Origin: Parcubacteria group bacterium Gr01-1014_8
GTDB taxonomy: Bacteria; Patescibacteriota; Minisyncoccia; Phycocordibacterales; UBA2100
DNA: 64,000 nucleotides
NCBI GenBank assembly: GCA_007376385.1
Contig: VMGC01000002.1
Location: forward strand, 128,001-192,000
Reading direction: 5' to 3'
Shown: positions 9,461-18,109 of the stretch, one piece after another
How the letters are laid out: each line of letters begins with the position of its first letter
How positions within the stretch are numbered: position 1 is the stretch's first letter
Made by a program: the position numbers and the translations under genes
The notes under the pieces: generated by a model
The model's input: only the letters and a program-made list of their open reading frames with translations
What the model was told of the DNA's origin: nothing
The model's database searches: none

Positions 9461-10450
9461 ATGCAAAAAGAGATAGGAATGATCGGACTTGGAAAAATGG
9501 GAGGGAACATGGCGCGACAGCTCGTGGAAAAAGGATGGAATGTGCACGGTATGGATGCGGACCCTGCGACAACACAAAAACTCGGAAAGGAGGGTATACA
9601 AGGAGCGTACTCGATACACGAACTTGTCTCGAAACTGAAAGCCCCGCGTGTGGTATGGCTCATGGTACCCGCAGGGAAACCGGAAGACGATCTGCTGTTT
9701 GGCAATGACCGACATCATGACCGACATCGTAAGTCGAACACATTGACCGACTTACGATATCGGTCACGGTCATCCGTAAAAGATGCGGGGCTTGTACGTT
9801 TACTTTCACGGGGCGACGTTATCATTGATGGGGGTAATTCTTATTACAAAGATTCAATATCGCGCGCGAAGAAAGTCGCAACATTCGGCATCAAATTCAT
9901 TGACGTTGGATTTTCTGGCGGCCCCGCGGGGGCTCGAAACGGAGGCTGTCTCATGATCGGCGGGGATGAAAGCTCGTTCAAGCGGCTCGAACCGTTGTTC
10001 AAAGACCTTGCGCGCGACAATGGGTATCAATTCTTCAAAGGTGTTGGAGCGGGCCATTTTGTAAAGATGGTCCACAACGGCATCGAATACGGCATGATGC
10101 AGGCGTTGGGGGAAGGTTTTGCGATGTTAAAAAAGACACCGTTCAAACTGGATCTCACGCGTGTTGCGGATATATACAATAATGGAAGCGTTATCGAGTC
10201 GCGCTTGGTAGGATGGATGAAGAAAGCGTTTCAAGAACATGGAGAAGACTTGAAGCAGGTCTCAGGTTCGGTTGGGCACACTGGCGAGGGCGAATGGACG
10301 GCAAAGACTGCGCGAGAAATGAAAATTCCGGCAAAAATAATTGGGGAATCGTACAAGTTTCGCGTTCAGTCAAAGAAAAAGCCGTCGTTTACCGGCAAAG
10401 TCGTGTCCGCATTGCGTGGACAGTTCGGAGGACATAATATTAAAGAGTAA
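9461..10450 (+). CDS. gnd: 6-phosphogluconate dehydrogenase (short YqeC/Gnd-like form) carrying an 81-nt in-frame insertion
   Basis: GMIGLGKMGGNMA, DGGNSYYKD and GAGHFVKMVHNGIEYG motifs. 27 extra residues (LLFGNDRHHDRHRKSNTLTDLRYRSRS) lie between KPEDD and SVKDAG, relative to homologs. Confidence 0.75.
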   Translation: MQKEIGMIGLGKMGGNMARQLVEKGWNVHGMDADPATTQKLGKEGIQGAYSIHELVSKLKAPRVVWLMVPAGKPEDDLLFGNDRHHDRHRKSNTLTDLRYRSRSSVKDAGLVRLLSRGDVIIDGGNSYYKDSISRAKKVATFGIKFIDVGFSGGPAGARNGGCLMIGGDESSFKRLEPLFKDLARDNGYQFFKGVGAGHFVKMVHNGIEYGMMQALGEGFAMLKKTPFKLDLTRVADIYNNGSVIESRLVGWMKKAFQEHGEDLKQVSGSVGHTGEGEWTAKTAREMKIPAKIIGESYKFRVQSKKKPSFTGKVVSALRGQFGGHNIKE

Positions 10451-10452
10451 CT

Positions 10453-11400
10453 ATGAACAGAAACCTAGCGCTTGAATTTGTGCGAGTGACCGAGGCTGCG
10501 GCATACGCTGCAGCGAAGTGGGTCGGGAAAGGCGACAAAATTGCTGCGGATGGTGCGGCGGTAGACGCGATGCGAGAGCGTTTCAACGAGATAGAGTTCA
10601 GCGGGACCATCGTCATTGGCGAGGGAAGCAAGGACGAGGCGCCAGAATTATATACAGGCGAAAAAGTAGGGAAAGGCAAAGGGCCGGTGATGGACCTTGC
10701 GGTGGACCCATTGGAGTGCACCGACAGCGTTGCCTTTGGACGCTTCAATGCTCTAAGCGTTATTTCAGCAGGAGCTAAGGGAAGCCTTCTTTCAGCGCCT
10801 GATACCTATATGGAAAAGATCGCTGCAGGCCCCGGCGCGGGTAAAGTAATCGATATAGATGCACCTGTCGCAACAAATATTAAAAAGGTGGCAAAGGCGC
10901 TCGGGAAGGATGTCGGGGAGATCACCGTGGTGATTTTAGACAGGGACAGGCATATCGAACTCATCAATGATGTTCGGAAGGCAGGAGCGCGTGTTCGATT
11001 GATAACAGATGGAGATGTGGCAGGAGGTATTGCGCCGTGCATGCCAGAGAGCGGCATTGACCTATTGATGGGCATTGGCGCTTCCGCCGAGGCGGTGCTC
11101 GCGGCGACTGCGATAAAGATTATGGGGGGAGAGCTTCTCTGCCGGTTCAAACCAAAAGACGAGAAACATGCGAAATTGGTTTCGGATCACGGGCACACCA
11201 CGAAGAGGATATTCAAGACGAGCGACCTCGCCAAGGGGAACGAGCTAACGTTCACCGCGACCGGTGTTATTGACGGGCCGCTTCTCCAAGGAGTGAGGAT
11301 TCTAAGGGACATCGCGATAACACATTCCCTCGTCATACAGGGCGTCTCGGGGACACTTCGCTACATAACGACCCATCACAAACTCCCTGCGTATAAATAG
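10453..11400 (+). CDS. glpX: Fructose-1,6-bisphosphatase class II
   Basis: N-terminal LALEFVRVTEAAA..AAKWVGKGDK and overall GlpX-family similarity. Confidence 0.85.
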   Translation: MNRNLALEFVRVTEAAAYAAAKWVGKGDKIAADGAAVDAMRERFNEIEFSGTIVIGEGSKDEAPELYTGEKVGKGKGPVMDLAVDPLECTDSVAFGRFNALSVISAGAKGSLLSAPDTYMEKIAAGPGAGKVIDIDAPVATNIKKVAKALGKDVGEITVVILDRDRHIELINDVRKAGARVRLITDGDVAGGIAPCMPESGIDLLMGIGASAEAVLAATAIKIMGGELLCRFKPKDEKHAKLVSDHGHTTKRIFKTSDLAKGNELTFTATGVIDGPLLQGVRILRDIAITHSLVIQGVSGTLRYITTHHKLPAYK

Positions 11401-11449
11401 ATCTGCTACACTGCAAAAGTGACACTAATTATTTTATTAATATATCTTT

Positions 11450-12445
11450 ATGTCTTTACAATCAATCGCAAAGCAGATGGTCGCAAAGGGAAAGGGCATC
11501 CTCGCAGCGGACGAAAGTTCGGGAACGATAGAGAGGAAGTTTGCGAAAGTCGGACTGACTTCGACAGAAGATAATCGGCGGGCGTATCGCGGAATGCTTT
11601 TTACCTCGCCAGGTATTGGAAACTATATTTCGGGAGCCATCCTTTTTGATGAAACGATAAAGCAAAAGGCGCCCGACGGCCGCACAATGGTCTCCATTCT
11701 GGAAGCGGAAGGAATCCTGCCGGGCATAAAAGTCGACCAAGGTACGAAGGATATGGAGGGTTCGCCGGGCGAGAAGATCACCAAAGGGCTCGACGGACTT
11801 GGCGAACGTCTAAAAGAATATGCAACGTTGGGAGCAAAATTTGCGAAGTGGAGATCGGTCATTACGATAGGAAACGGTATCCCGACCGATGCAAACATCA
11901 AACAGCAAACAAAAGATTTGGCTGCGTACGCGCTGGAGTGCCAGAAAGCCGGCATTGTTCCGATGGTTGAGCCGGAAGTACTCATGGATGGCGGCCACAC
12001 GATTGAAAGATGTGTTGAGGCAAGTGAAAAGACGCTCACTGCACTTTTTGAAGAGCTGAAGGCAGCAGGGGTAGATATATCGGGGACTATTCTCAAGACG
12101 AACATGATGGTTCCCGGCAAGGAGAGCGGTACGAGGGCAACACCAGAACAAGTGGCGGATGCGACTGTCGCCGTATTCAAGAAAGTTCTTCCAAATGATC
12201 TGCCAGGTCAGGCATTCCTATCTGGCGGGCAGGAAGATGTGGAAGCGACAGAGAATTTGAATGCCATCAACAAAAAGGGACCTTTCCCCTGGAATCTTTC
12301 ATTCTCATATGGCCGCGCACTTCAAGATTCGGCGCTCAAGGCATGGAACGGAAAATCAGAAAATATCATCGCTGCGCAACAGGTGTTTCTCAAGCGGGCA
12401 AAAATGAATTCACTTGCGACGGAAGGCAAATATAAAGGAGAGTAG
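11450..12445 (+). CDS. fba: Fructose-bisphosphate aldolase, class I (eukaryote-like type)
   Basis: GKGILAADESSGTIERKF, the hallmark of class I (Schiff-base) aldolases. 331 aa. Confidence 0.75.
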   Translation: MSLQSIAKQMVAKGKGILAADESSGTIERKFAKVGLTSTEDNRRAYRGMLFTSPGIGNYISGAILFDETIKQKAPDGRTMVSILEAEGILPGIKVDQGTKDMEGSPGEKITKGLDGLGERLKEYATLGAKFAKWRSVITIGNGIPTDANIKQQTKDLAAYALECQKAGIVPMVEPEVLMDGGHTIERCVEASEKTLTALFEELKAAGVDISGTILKTNMMVPGKESGTRATPEQVADATVAVFKKVLPNDLPGQAFLSGGQEDVEATENLNAINKKGPFPWNLSFSYGRALQDSALKAWNGKSENIIAAQQVFLKRAKMNSLATEGKYKGE

Positions 12446-12483
12446 TCGCATTTGAAACCTAATTTTTCAGCAATATCGCATGA

Positions 12484-12527
12484 TACCTTAGGTGTGCCGA
12501 CCGGCACACCTAAGGTATTCAGGTTTT
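12484..12527. terminator. Bidirectional intrinsic terminator between convergent fba and HAD genes
   Basis: Perfect 36-nt palindrome ATACCTTAGGTGTGCCGA|CCGGCACACCTAAGGTAT, followed by a T-run. Confidence 0.7.
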
Positions 12528-12534
12528 TGGCGGA

Positions 12535-13182
12535 CTACAATAAAGAATGCCCGTGAAGGACGATAGGAAGAATATCTTCGATTGTGTACACGATGTGGTC
12601 CGGTTCGTACGCGACGAGATCAGCGTGGGGTCCGTATGAAATACCAATAGTCCCGACACCGGCGGCTTTTCCCGCTTGGATGTCGACTGGCGTATCGCCG
12701 ACAAACCACGCGTCTTTCGCCTCTACATCTACCGCTCGGAGGGCTGCAGACACGTGTTCCGGGTCTGGCTTGGCTCGAGTGACATCATCTTGAGACAGCA
12801 AGGCATCAAACATGCTCACTATTTTTACGTGTTGCATGGTGGCGATGGACGATTTTCTCATACGATTTGTCACTGTTGCCAGCTTGATGCCCTTGTCTTT
12901 AAGCGTCTGCAGCGTTTCTTTTACGTTTGGAAATATCATTACTAACTGAAGATTTTTTTCTTGAAAATCGCGATGCGCTTGCATAAGCCGCAGGGCATCT
13001 TTTTCCGGGAACAGCATTTCATAGTTCTCTCTCAGCGTTTTACCCTGGCTTGCGAGAAGCACTGCAGTTGCCCGTGAAATAGGCGCTCCTTCTTCAGTGG
13101 TAACATGCTCGTAAGCACGAATAATGTACTCGTACGTATCAAGCAGAGTCCCATCGACATCAAAAAGTACTGCTTTTGTCAC
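12535..13182 (-). CDS. HAD-IA family hydrolase (phosphatase / beta-phosphoglucomutase-like)
   Basis: Motif I LFDVDGTLLDT, then downstream motif II and a GDT..D motif. GTG start. Confidence 0.7.
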   Translation of the reverse strand: MTKAVLFDVDGTLLDTYEYIIRAYEHVTTEEGAPISRATAVLLASQGKTLRENYEMLFPEKDALRLMQAHRDFQEKNLQLVMIFPNVKETLQTLKDKGIKLATVTNRMRKSSIATMQHVKIVSMFDALLSQDDVTRAKPDPEHVSAALRAVDVEAKDAWFVGDTPVDIQAGKAAGVGTIGISYGPHADLVAYEPDHIVYTIEDILPIVLHGHSLL

Positions 13183-13296
13183 TGGAAGATTATACCTAAC
13201 TTCAGGAGAACTCGTATTTCTCTCACTTTGACAGGAGTCATATATCTCCGTATGATGTTTTTTTCGCCCCTATAATAAGGCACACTTCCTAGGCAC

Positions 13297-15522
13297 ATGA
13301 GGCATATATTCTTAATCGTGCTTGCTGTCGCTTTTGCTGTATCTCTTGCAGCTTCAGTTTTTACGTTGATGCAAGTGAACAAAGAGACAGATGAGTTGTC
13401 GAAGAAGCTCAGGGAGAGGACGCTGCTTCTTGCGGATGGTCTTGCAGAGTCCGCGGCTCCTGCGTACGCGCGATATGCCACGAGTACGCTGGAAAAGTTG
13501 GCGAACACCTTTACGAATCGCGAGCGTCTCATCGGCCTTGCATTTTATGACACGCGCGGTAATAAAATTGCCGGTTCGAGCGGCGTCACAGATGAAATGC
13601 TGAAAAATGCGCCGATTCTCGATACATTCAATAGCACCGAGCCTGACGACGCTTTTGCAATTACCGAAGGGACGAGAAAATATTATTTCGCGCAACCACT
13701 CCACTCTGACGATGCCTATATTGGCTCGCTTGTACTTGTGCAGGATGCCAGTGATATCGATGTGGCAATGAGCAGGATATGGCGAGACACATTTCTGAAA
13801 CTTTTCGTATATTTTCTCCTTTTTGCCGTCGCCATCGCAGCCCTTGTCTACTTTGTGCTTTTCAAACCGCTATCGAATTTAGCTGAATCTATCCGCCAGG
13901 CGCGAATGAATAAAGATGCGCGTGCTCCTCAACCCTCGCACCACAATTTTTTTCTGCAACCTCTTGCGATGGAAGTCTCGAAACTTGCGTCTTCACTCGC
14001 GCAGGCACGAACTGCTGCAAGCGAAGAGGCGCGTATGCGCCTTGAAAAGATTGACACCCCTTGGACGGAGGAGAGGCTAAAGGAATTCATAAAGGCGTAT
14101 CTCAAGGATAGGCCTATCTATGTCGTTTCGAATCGAGAGCCCTACATACACTCCAAGGATCGCGGAGAGGTCACCTACTCGGTGCCTGCGAGCGGCATGG
14201 TGACAGCGCTTGAGTCTGTCATGGCGGCCTGCGGAGGGGAATGGCTCGCTCATGGCAGCGGAAATGCTGACAAAGAAATGGTCGATGCGGAGAGCAAGAT
14301 CCGTGTCCCACCAGATGAGCCGAAATATACCTTGAAGCGTATTTGGCTGAATCCAAAAGAGGTCAAGGGCTATTATGTCGGTTTCTCGAACGAGGCTCTG
14401 TGGCCGCTGTGTCATATAGCGCATACGAGGCCGACCTTCAGAAAGGAAGACTGGCTGATGTACAAGCGCGTGAACGGCAAGTTTGCTGAGGCGCTTCTTG
14501 CGGAATTAAAAGGCGTCGAGCGCCCCATAGTGTTGATACAAGATTTTCATCTTTCTCTTTTGCCGCGGATGATAAAGGAGTCGCGTCCGGACGCACAGGT
14601 CGGTCTTTTTTGGCACATACCCTGGCCGTCCGCAGAAGGCTTCAGTATCTGTCCTTGGAGAAAAGAGATACTGCAGGGAATGCTCGGCGCGGATATAATC
14701 GGTTTTCATACGCAGCAGTTCTGCAATAATTTCCTCGAAACTGTCGGAAAAGAGATCGAATCGCTTATCGATCTGGAGCAATTTGCTGTTACGAGCGATG
14801 AGCACACATCATTCATCAAGCCATTTCCTATAAGTATTTCGTTCACTGACGCAATGGAGGGAAAGACGTCGATAGCGCCTGATCGCGCTGCTCTTGAAGC
14901 GATGGACATTCGAACAGAGTTCGTCGGACTTGGCGTGGACAGGCTCGACTATACGAAGGGAATTCTTGAGCGATTCAGAGGGATCGAATTTTTTCTTGAC
15001 GCTCATCCGGATTTTTATAAACGATTTACGTTCTTGCAGGTCGCACCTCCGAGCCGCGAGGAATCGGAAAAGTATCGGGATTATGCAGTTGCCGTCGAGG
15101 CAGAAGCAGCCCGAGTGAATGCAAAATTCAGAAAGAATGGATGGCAGCCCATTCGTTTTGAAAAAAGGCATTTTTCGCACTCGGAACTTGTGCCGCTCTA
15201 CCAAACAGCGAACTTTTGTCTTGTGACATCTCTGCACGACGGCATGAACTTGGTCGCCAAAGAATACGTGGCAGCAAGAGATGATGAAGCAGGAGCCCTC
15301 ATCTTGAGCAAATTCACCGGCGCTTCTCGCGATTTCAATCGCGGTGCGCTTATCGTCAATCCCTATAGCGCCGAAGAGGTCTCGGAAGCTATCCACCGTG
15401 CTCTCGTCATGCCCGCCACTGAGCAGCATCGTAGAATGAGATCCATGCGAACATCAATACGAGACTACAATGTGTATCGCTGGGCGGCTGAATTTATAAA
15501 AGCAGTTGCAGCGCTCCGATAA
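13297..15522 (+). CDS. otsA: Membrane sensor-like domain fused to trehalose-6-phosphate synthase (GT20, OtsA)
   Basis: C-terminal ~480 aa is a typical OtsA (YVVSNREPY..., GGLVTAL-like and HIPWP motifs). N-terminal ~250 aa has TM1, a ~140-aa extracytoplasmic segment, TM2 and a coiled linker. Confidence 0.8.
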   Translation: MRHIFLIVLAVAFAVSLAASVFTLMQVNKETDELSKKLRERTLLLADGLAESAAPAYARYATSTLEKLANTFTNRERLIGLAFYDTRGNKIAGSSGVTDEMLKNAPILDTFNSTEPDDAFAITEGTRKYYFAQPLHSDDAYIGSLVLVQDASDIDVAMSRIWRDTFLKLFVYFLLFAVAIAALVYFVLFKPLSNLAESIRQARMNKDARAPQPSHHNFFLQPLAMEVSKLASSLAQARTAASEEARMRLEKIDTPWTEERLKEFIKAYLKDRPIYVVSNREPYIHSKDRGEVTYSVPASGMVTALESVMAACGGEWLAHGSGNADKEMVDAESKIRVPPDEPKYTLKRIWLNPKEVKGYYVGFSNEALWPLCHIAHTRPTFRKEDWLMYKRVNGKFAEALLAELKGVERPIVLIQDFHLSLLPRMIKESRPDAQVGLFWHIPWPSAEGFSICPWRKEILQGMLGADIIGFHTQQFCNNFLETVGKEIESLIDLEQFAVTSDEHTSFIKPFPISISFTDAMEGKTSIAPDRAALEAMDIRTEFVGLGVDRLDYTKGILERFRGIEFFLDAHPDFYKRFTFLQVAPPSREESEKYRDYAVAVEAEAARVNAKFRKNGWQPIRFEKRHFSHSELVPLYQTANFCLVTSLHDGMNLVAKEYVAARDDEAGALILSKFTGASRDFNRGALIVNPYSAEEVSEAIHRALVMPATEQHRRMRSMRTSIRDYNVYRWAAEFIKAVAALR

Positions 15523-15523
15523 T

Positions 15524-16300
15524 ATGAGGTATTCCGAGTCGGTGCTTCCGGTGATGAGGGCGATCAGAGACATGCTTCTCCCAGAGTGGGGCGTCGCGAA
15601 AGCCGTCCATCAAAAAACAGCGTCCTCATGGAGCGTCGTTACGGCGCTCGATATCGAAATAGAAAAATTTGTGAGCGCCGAATTGGCGCATCTCCACCCT
15701 GATATTGAATTTGTCGGAGAAGAGCAAGGGGGGAATAGAAGTGCGAAGAAATTCTGGTTGATGGACCCGATAGACGGAACGGCTCACTTTATCCGCGGCC
15801 TGCCGTTCTGCACGTCGATGCTTGCATTGGTCGACAGAGGGCATGTCGTTTTTTCTGCCATATACGATTTTATACACGACGAAATGTATTTTGCTGATAA
15901 GGGGAAAGGAGCGTTCTGCAACGAAAAGAAGCTTTCAGTGAGTTCGCGAACGTTAAAAGATTCTTTCGTCTCGTTCGAGACGGATATTGCAATCGAGAAG
16001 AATGCTAATTTGCGACAAAAAATGCTCTCGCAAACGAACGTAATGACGACATTTTGTGCAGGCTGGGAATTTGCAATGGTCGCATCAGGAAAAATTGATG
16101 CGCGAATATGTCTCGACCCGTTTGGCCAAGATTATGATTTCGCTCCTGGTACGCTATTGGTAATGGAAGCAGGAGGCGTCGTCACGAACCTTGATTCGCA
16201 CGAATTTGACTATACGAATTTGGATCTCATCGCAGCAAATCCGCTTGTGTATAAAGACCTTACGGAGGGAGAATCAGCATTATTCCCTCTCGGGCGCTAG
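15524..16300 (+). CDS. Inositol monophosphatase family phosphatase
   Basis: WLMDPIDGT motif and EE..G metal-binding residues. The start is 1 nt after the otsA stop. Confidence 0.7.
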   Translation: MRYSESVLPVMRAIRDMLLPEWGVAKAVHQKTASSWSVVTALDIEIEKFVSAELAHLHPDIEFVGEEQGGNRSAKKFWLMDPIDGTAHFIRGLPFCTSMLALVDRGHVVFSAIYDFIHDEMYFADKGKGAFCNEKKLSVSSRTLKDSFVSFETDIAIEKNANLRQKMLSQTNVMTTFCAGWEFAMVASGKIDARICLDPFGQDYDFAPGTLLVMEAGGVVTNLDSHEFDYTNLDLIAANPLVYKDLTEGESALFPLGR

Positions 16301-16394
16301 CTATAGAGGGATGTGGACAATTGATTAACTTCTCTGCCTGCAGGGGACTATACTTGCAGGAAGGGTCGATTATACATATTCACTCTATTTTTAT

Positions 16395-16613
16395 ATGAAG
16401 TGGTTACACATGGTCTCCTATATCCTCGTATTTGCTGGAAGCTTGAACTGGCTGCTTTTGGCGCTTACTGGATGGGAAATAGGCTCTCTGTTCGGAGGTA
16501 TGACAGCTCCAATATCGCAGGTGGTCTATGTGCTAGTTGGACTTGCAGCCATCTATCTCATCGCGACCCATAGGAAATACTGCAAAGAGTGCGCAGCAGG
16601 TGCGCCAATGTGA
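16395..16613 (+). CDS. DUF378 family small membrane protein
   Basis: GSLNWLLLALTGWEIGSLFGG resembles the DUF378 NWGLIG core. Two TM helices, 72 aa. Confidence 0.55.
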   Translation: MKWLHMVSYILVFAGSLNWLLLALTGWEIGSLFGGMTAPISQVVYVLVGLAAIYLIATHRKYCKECAAGAPM

Positions 16614-16808
16614 AGCTAGCCACCGCCGTTCGCGACGGTGTACTGGGGCTGGCTTGCTGATAACGTGTCTCTCTGCCGACTTGAGATCAATCTTTGCCAC
16701 CTCACCGTAGTTTGGCGGCAATTCCAGATTATGAAGAGCGTGCGCGGTGGGCCCAAACCAAAACGCTCGAGGAAACTCGGGCGTTTTGCATGCTAAAGTT
16801 TCAAGAAT

Positions 16809-17243
16809 ATGGAAGACAGGCCCTTTGTCGGTATTGGCGTAACGATACTTAAAGATGGAAAAATTCTCCTCGGCAAAAGAGTATCAACGTATGGGACCGG
16901 AGAATATCAAACGCCTGGCGGACATCTTGAGCCTAAAGAAGCTTTTGAGGCATGTGCGCGGCGAGAAACCTTGGAGGAGTGCGGACTCGAAATAGGCTCA
17001 ATCCGTTTTCAATTTGTAGCAAATGCCGTAGGGTATGGTCTCGTGCATTACGTTCATATTGGTTTGATAACGGAATGGAAGGCAGGTGAACCTAAAAATC
17101 TTGAACCTACAAAATGCGAAGGATGGGATTGGTACTCTCTTGACGCATTGCCGGAGCCTCTTTTTGTATACACGAAATGGTCTATAGAGGCACATCAAAC
17201 AGGACTCAATTATTTCGATAGTGAGGCCCGACCAGCGAAATAA
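16809..17243 (+). CDS. NUDIX hydrolase
   Basis: Nudix box GGHLEPKEAFEACARRETLEECGL. Confidence 0.8.
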   Translation: MEDRPFVGIGVTILKDGKILLGKRVSTYGTGEYQTPGGHLEPKEAFEACARRETLEECGLEIGSIRFQFVANAVGYGLVHYVHIGLITEWKAGEPKNLEPTKCEGWDWYSLDALPEPLFVYTKWSIEAHQTGLNYFDSEARPAK

Positions 17244-17397
17244 AGGTTCCTCGGAGCTTGCTCCGAGGTATTATGGAGCTCGCTTCGCTCGCGCAGTCTC
17301 GCAGCAGAGCTGCGAGGTATTGAACCTGTGTTTGCTCCTCGGCACGGAAATGCAACAGAGTACTTTTGCATTTCTCTCGCAATGCTCGCAAATAAAA
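17242..17397 (+). repeat. Stop-codon-associated structured repeat (copy A)
   Basis: Starts at the NUDIX stop codon (TAAAGGTTCC). Contains a CCTCGGAGC-TT-GCTCCGAGG hairpin, then GAACCTGTGTTTGCTCCTCGGCACGGAAATG, and a terminal GAAATGCAA..TTGCATTTC hairpin. Reverse-complement match to 30611-30690. Confidence 0.65.
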
Positions 17398-17447
17398 TGT
17401 GAAGGCATCTTGACTCGATTTCGTGCACGGGTAGAGTATGGGGGTTC

Positions 17448-17642
17448 ATGAACGTCTCAAATAATGTACAGAAATTGCGTATGAATCGTGATCTCACGCA
17501 AGAAGCGCTGGCGGATAAGGTTGGTGTTTCGCGCCAAACGATTATTTCTATAGAGAAGGGGAATTACACACCCTCAGTCTTGCTTGCTTTGAAGATCGCA
17601 CGCATATTTAAAGTGCCTGTTGAGGACGTCTTTTACCTATGA
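17448..17642 (+). CDS. XRE-family helix-turn-helix transcriptional regulator
   Basis: LTQEALADKVGVSRQTIISIEKG HTH motif. Upstream TTGACT-17-TAGAGT promoter at 17410-17438. Confidence 0.8.
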   Translation: MNVSNNVQKLRMNRDLTQEALADKVGVSRQTIISIEKGNYTPSVLLALKIARIFKVPVEDVFYL

Positions 17643-18001
17643 ATTCACTTTTCATTCAGGTTGGTGTTGCTGTCGTTTTCATCGGGCTCCTCGTTGGACT
17701 TACCGATCCTTTTATGTACTGGATGCCCGATATGGCGGCATTAGTGGTACTCGTCGTCGCAGCTGCTCTTTCGGCGACGTGGGTAGGATTTGTTGCTCTT
17801 GAACAGAGGGGAGACGAACGTGAGGCGGGTCACCGACAATTTGCAGGACGTGCGGCGTACCTCTCAGGTATCGCGATACTAACGATCGCGTTGGTTGTTC
17901 AAGGCTTAGCGCACGTTATTGACTCCTGGATTTCGATGGCACTTGGTGCAATGGTTGTTGTGAAGCTTGTAGCTCGCTGGTTTGCGGATCGTTTTTACTA
18001 A
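17639..18001 (+). CDS. Hypothetical membrane protein, translationally coupled to the XRE regulator
   Basis: ATGA overlap with the XRE stop. Four hydrophobic segments. Confidence 0.45.
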   Translation: MNSLFIQVGVAVVFIGLLVGLTDPFMYWMPDMAALVVLVVAAALSATWVGFVALEQRGDEREAGHRQFAGRAAYLSGIAILTIALVVQGLAHVIDSWISMALGAMVVVKLVARWFADRFY

Positions 18002-18109
18002 ATTGGACACCGCGGCTATCCACATGTGCAATGTTAAGTGCACTTTACATATCACGATTTGTATATACACTATTCGTAATTAATCGAAATTCAGAAATAA
18101 CGTAACGTT

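Noticed and set aside
13179-13532. 117-aa minus-strand ORF overlapping the otsA promoter and N-terminus
   Set aside because: It overlaps the otsA start and the -10 region, has low-complexity composition and no start-site signals. Likely spurious.
16533-16721. 62-aa minus-strand ORF in the DUF378-NUDIX spacer
   Set aside because: It overlaps the 3' end of the DUF378 gene antisense. It is Arg/Trp-rich and without signals. Likely non-coding.
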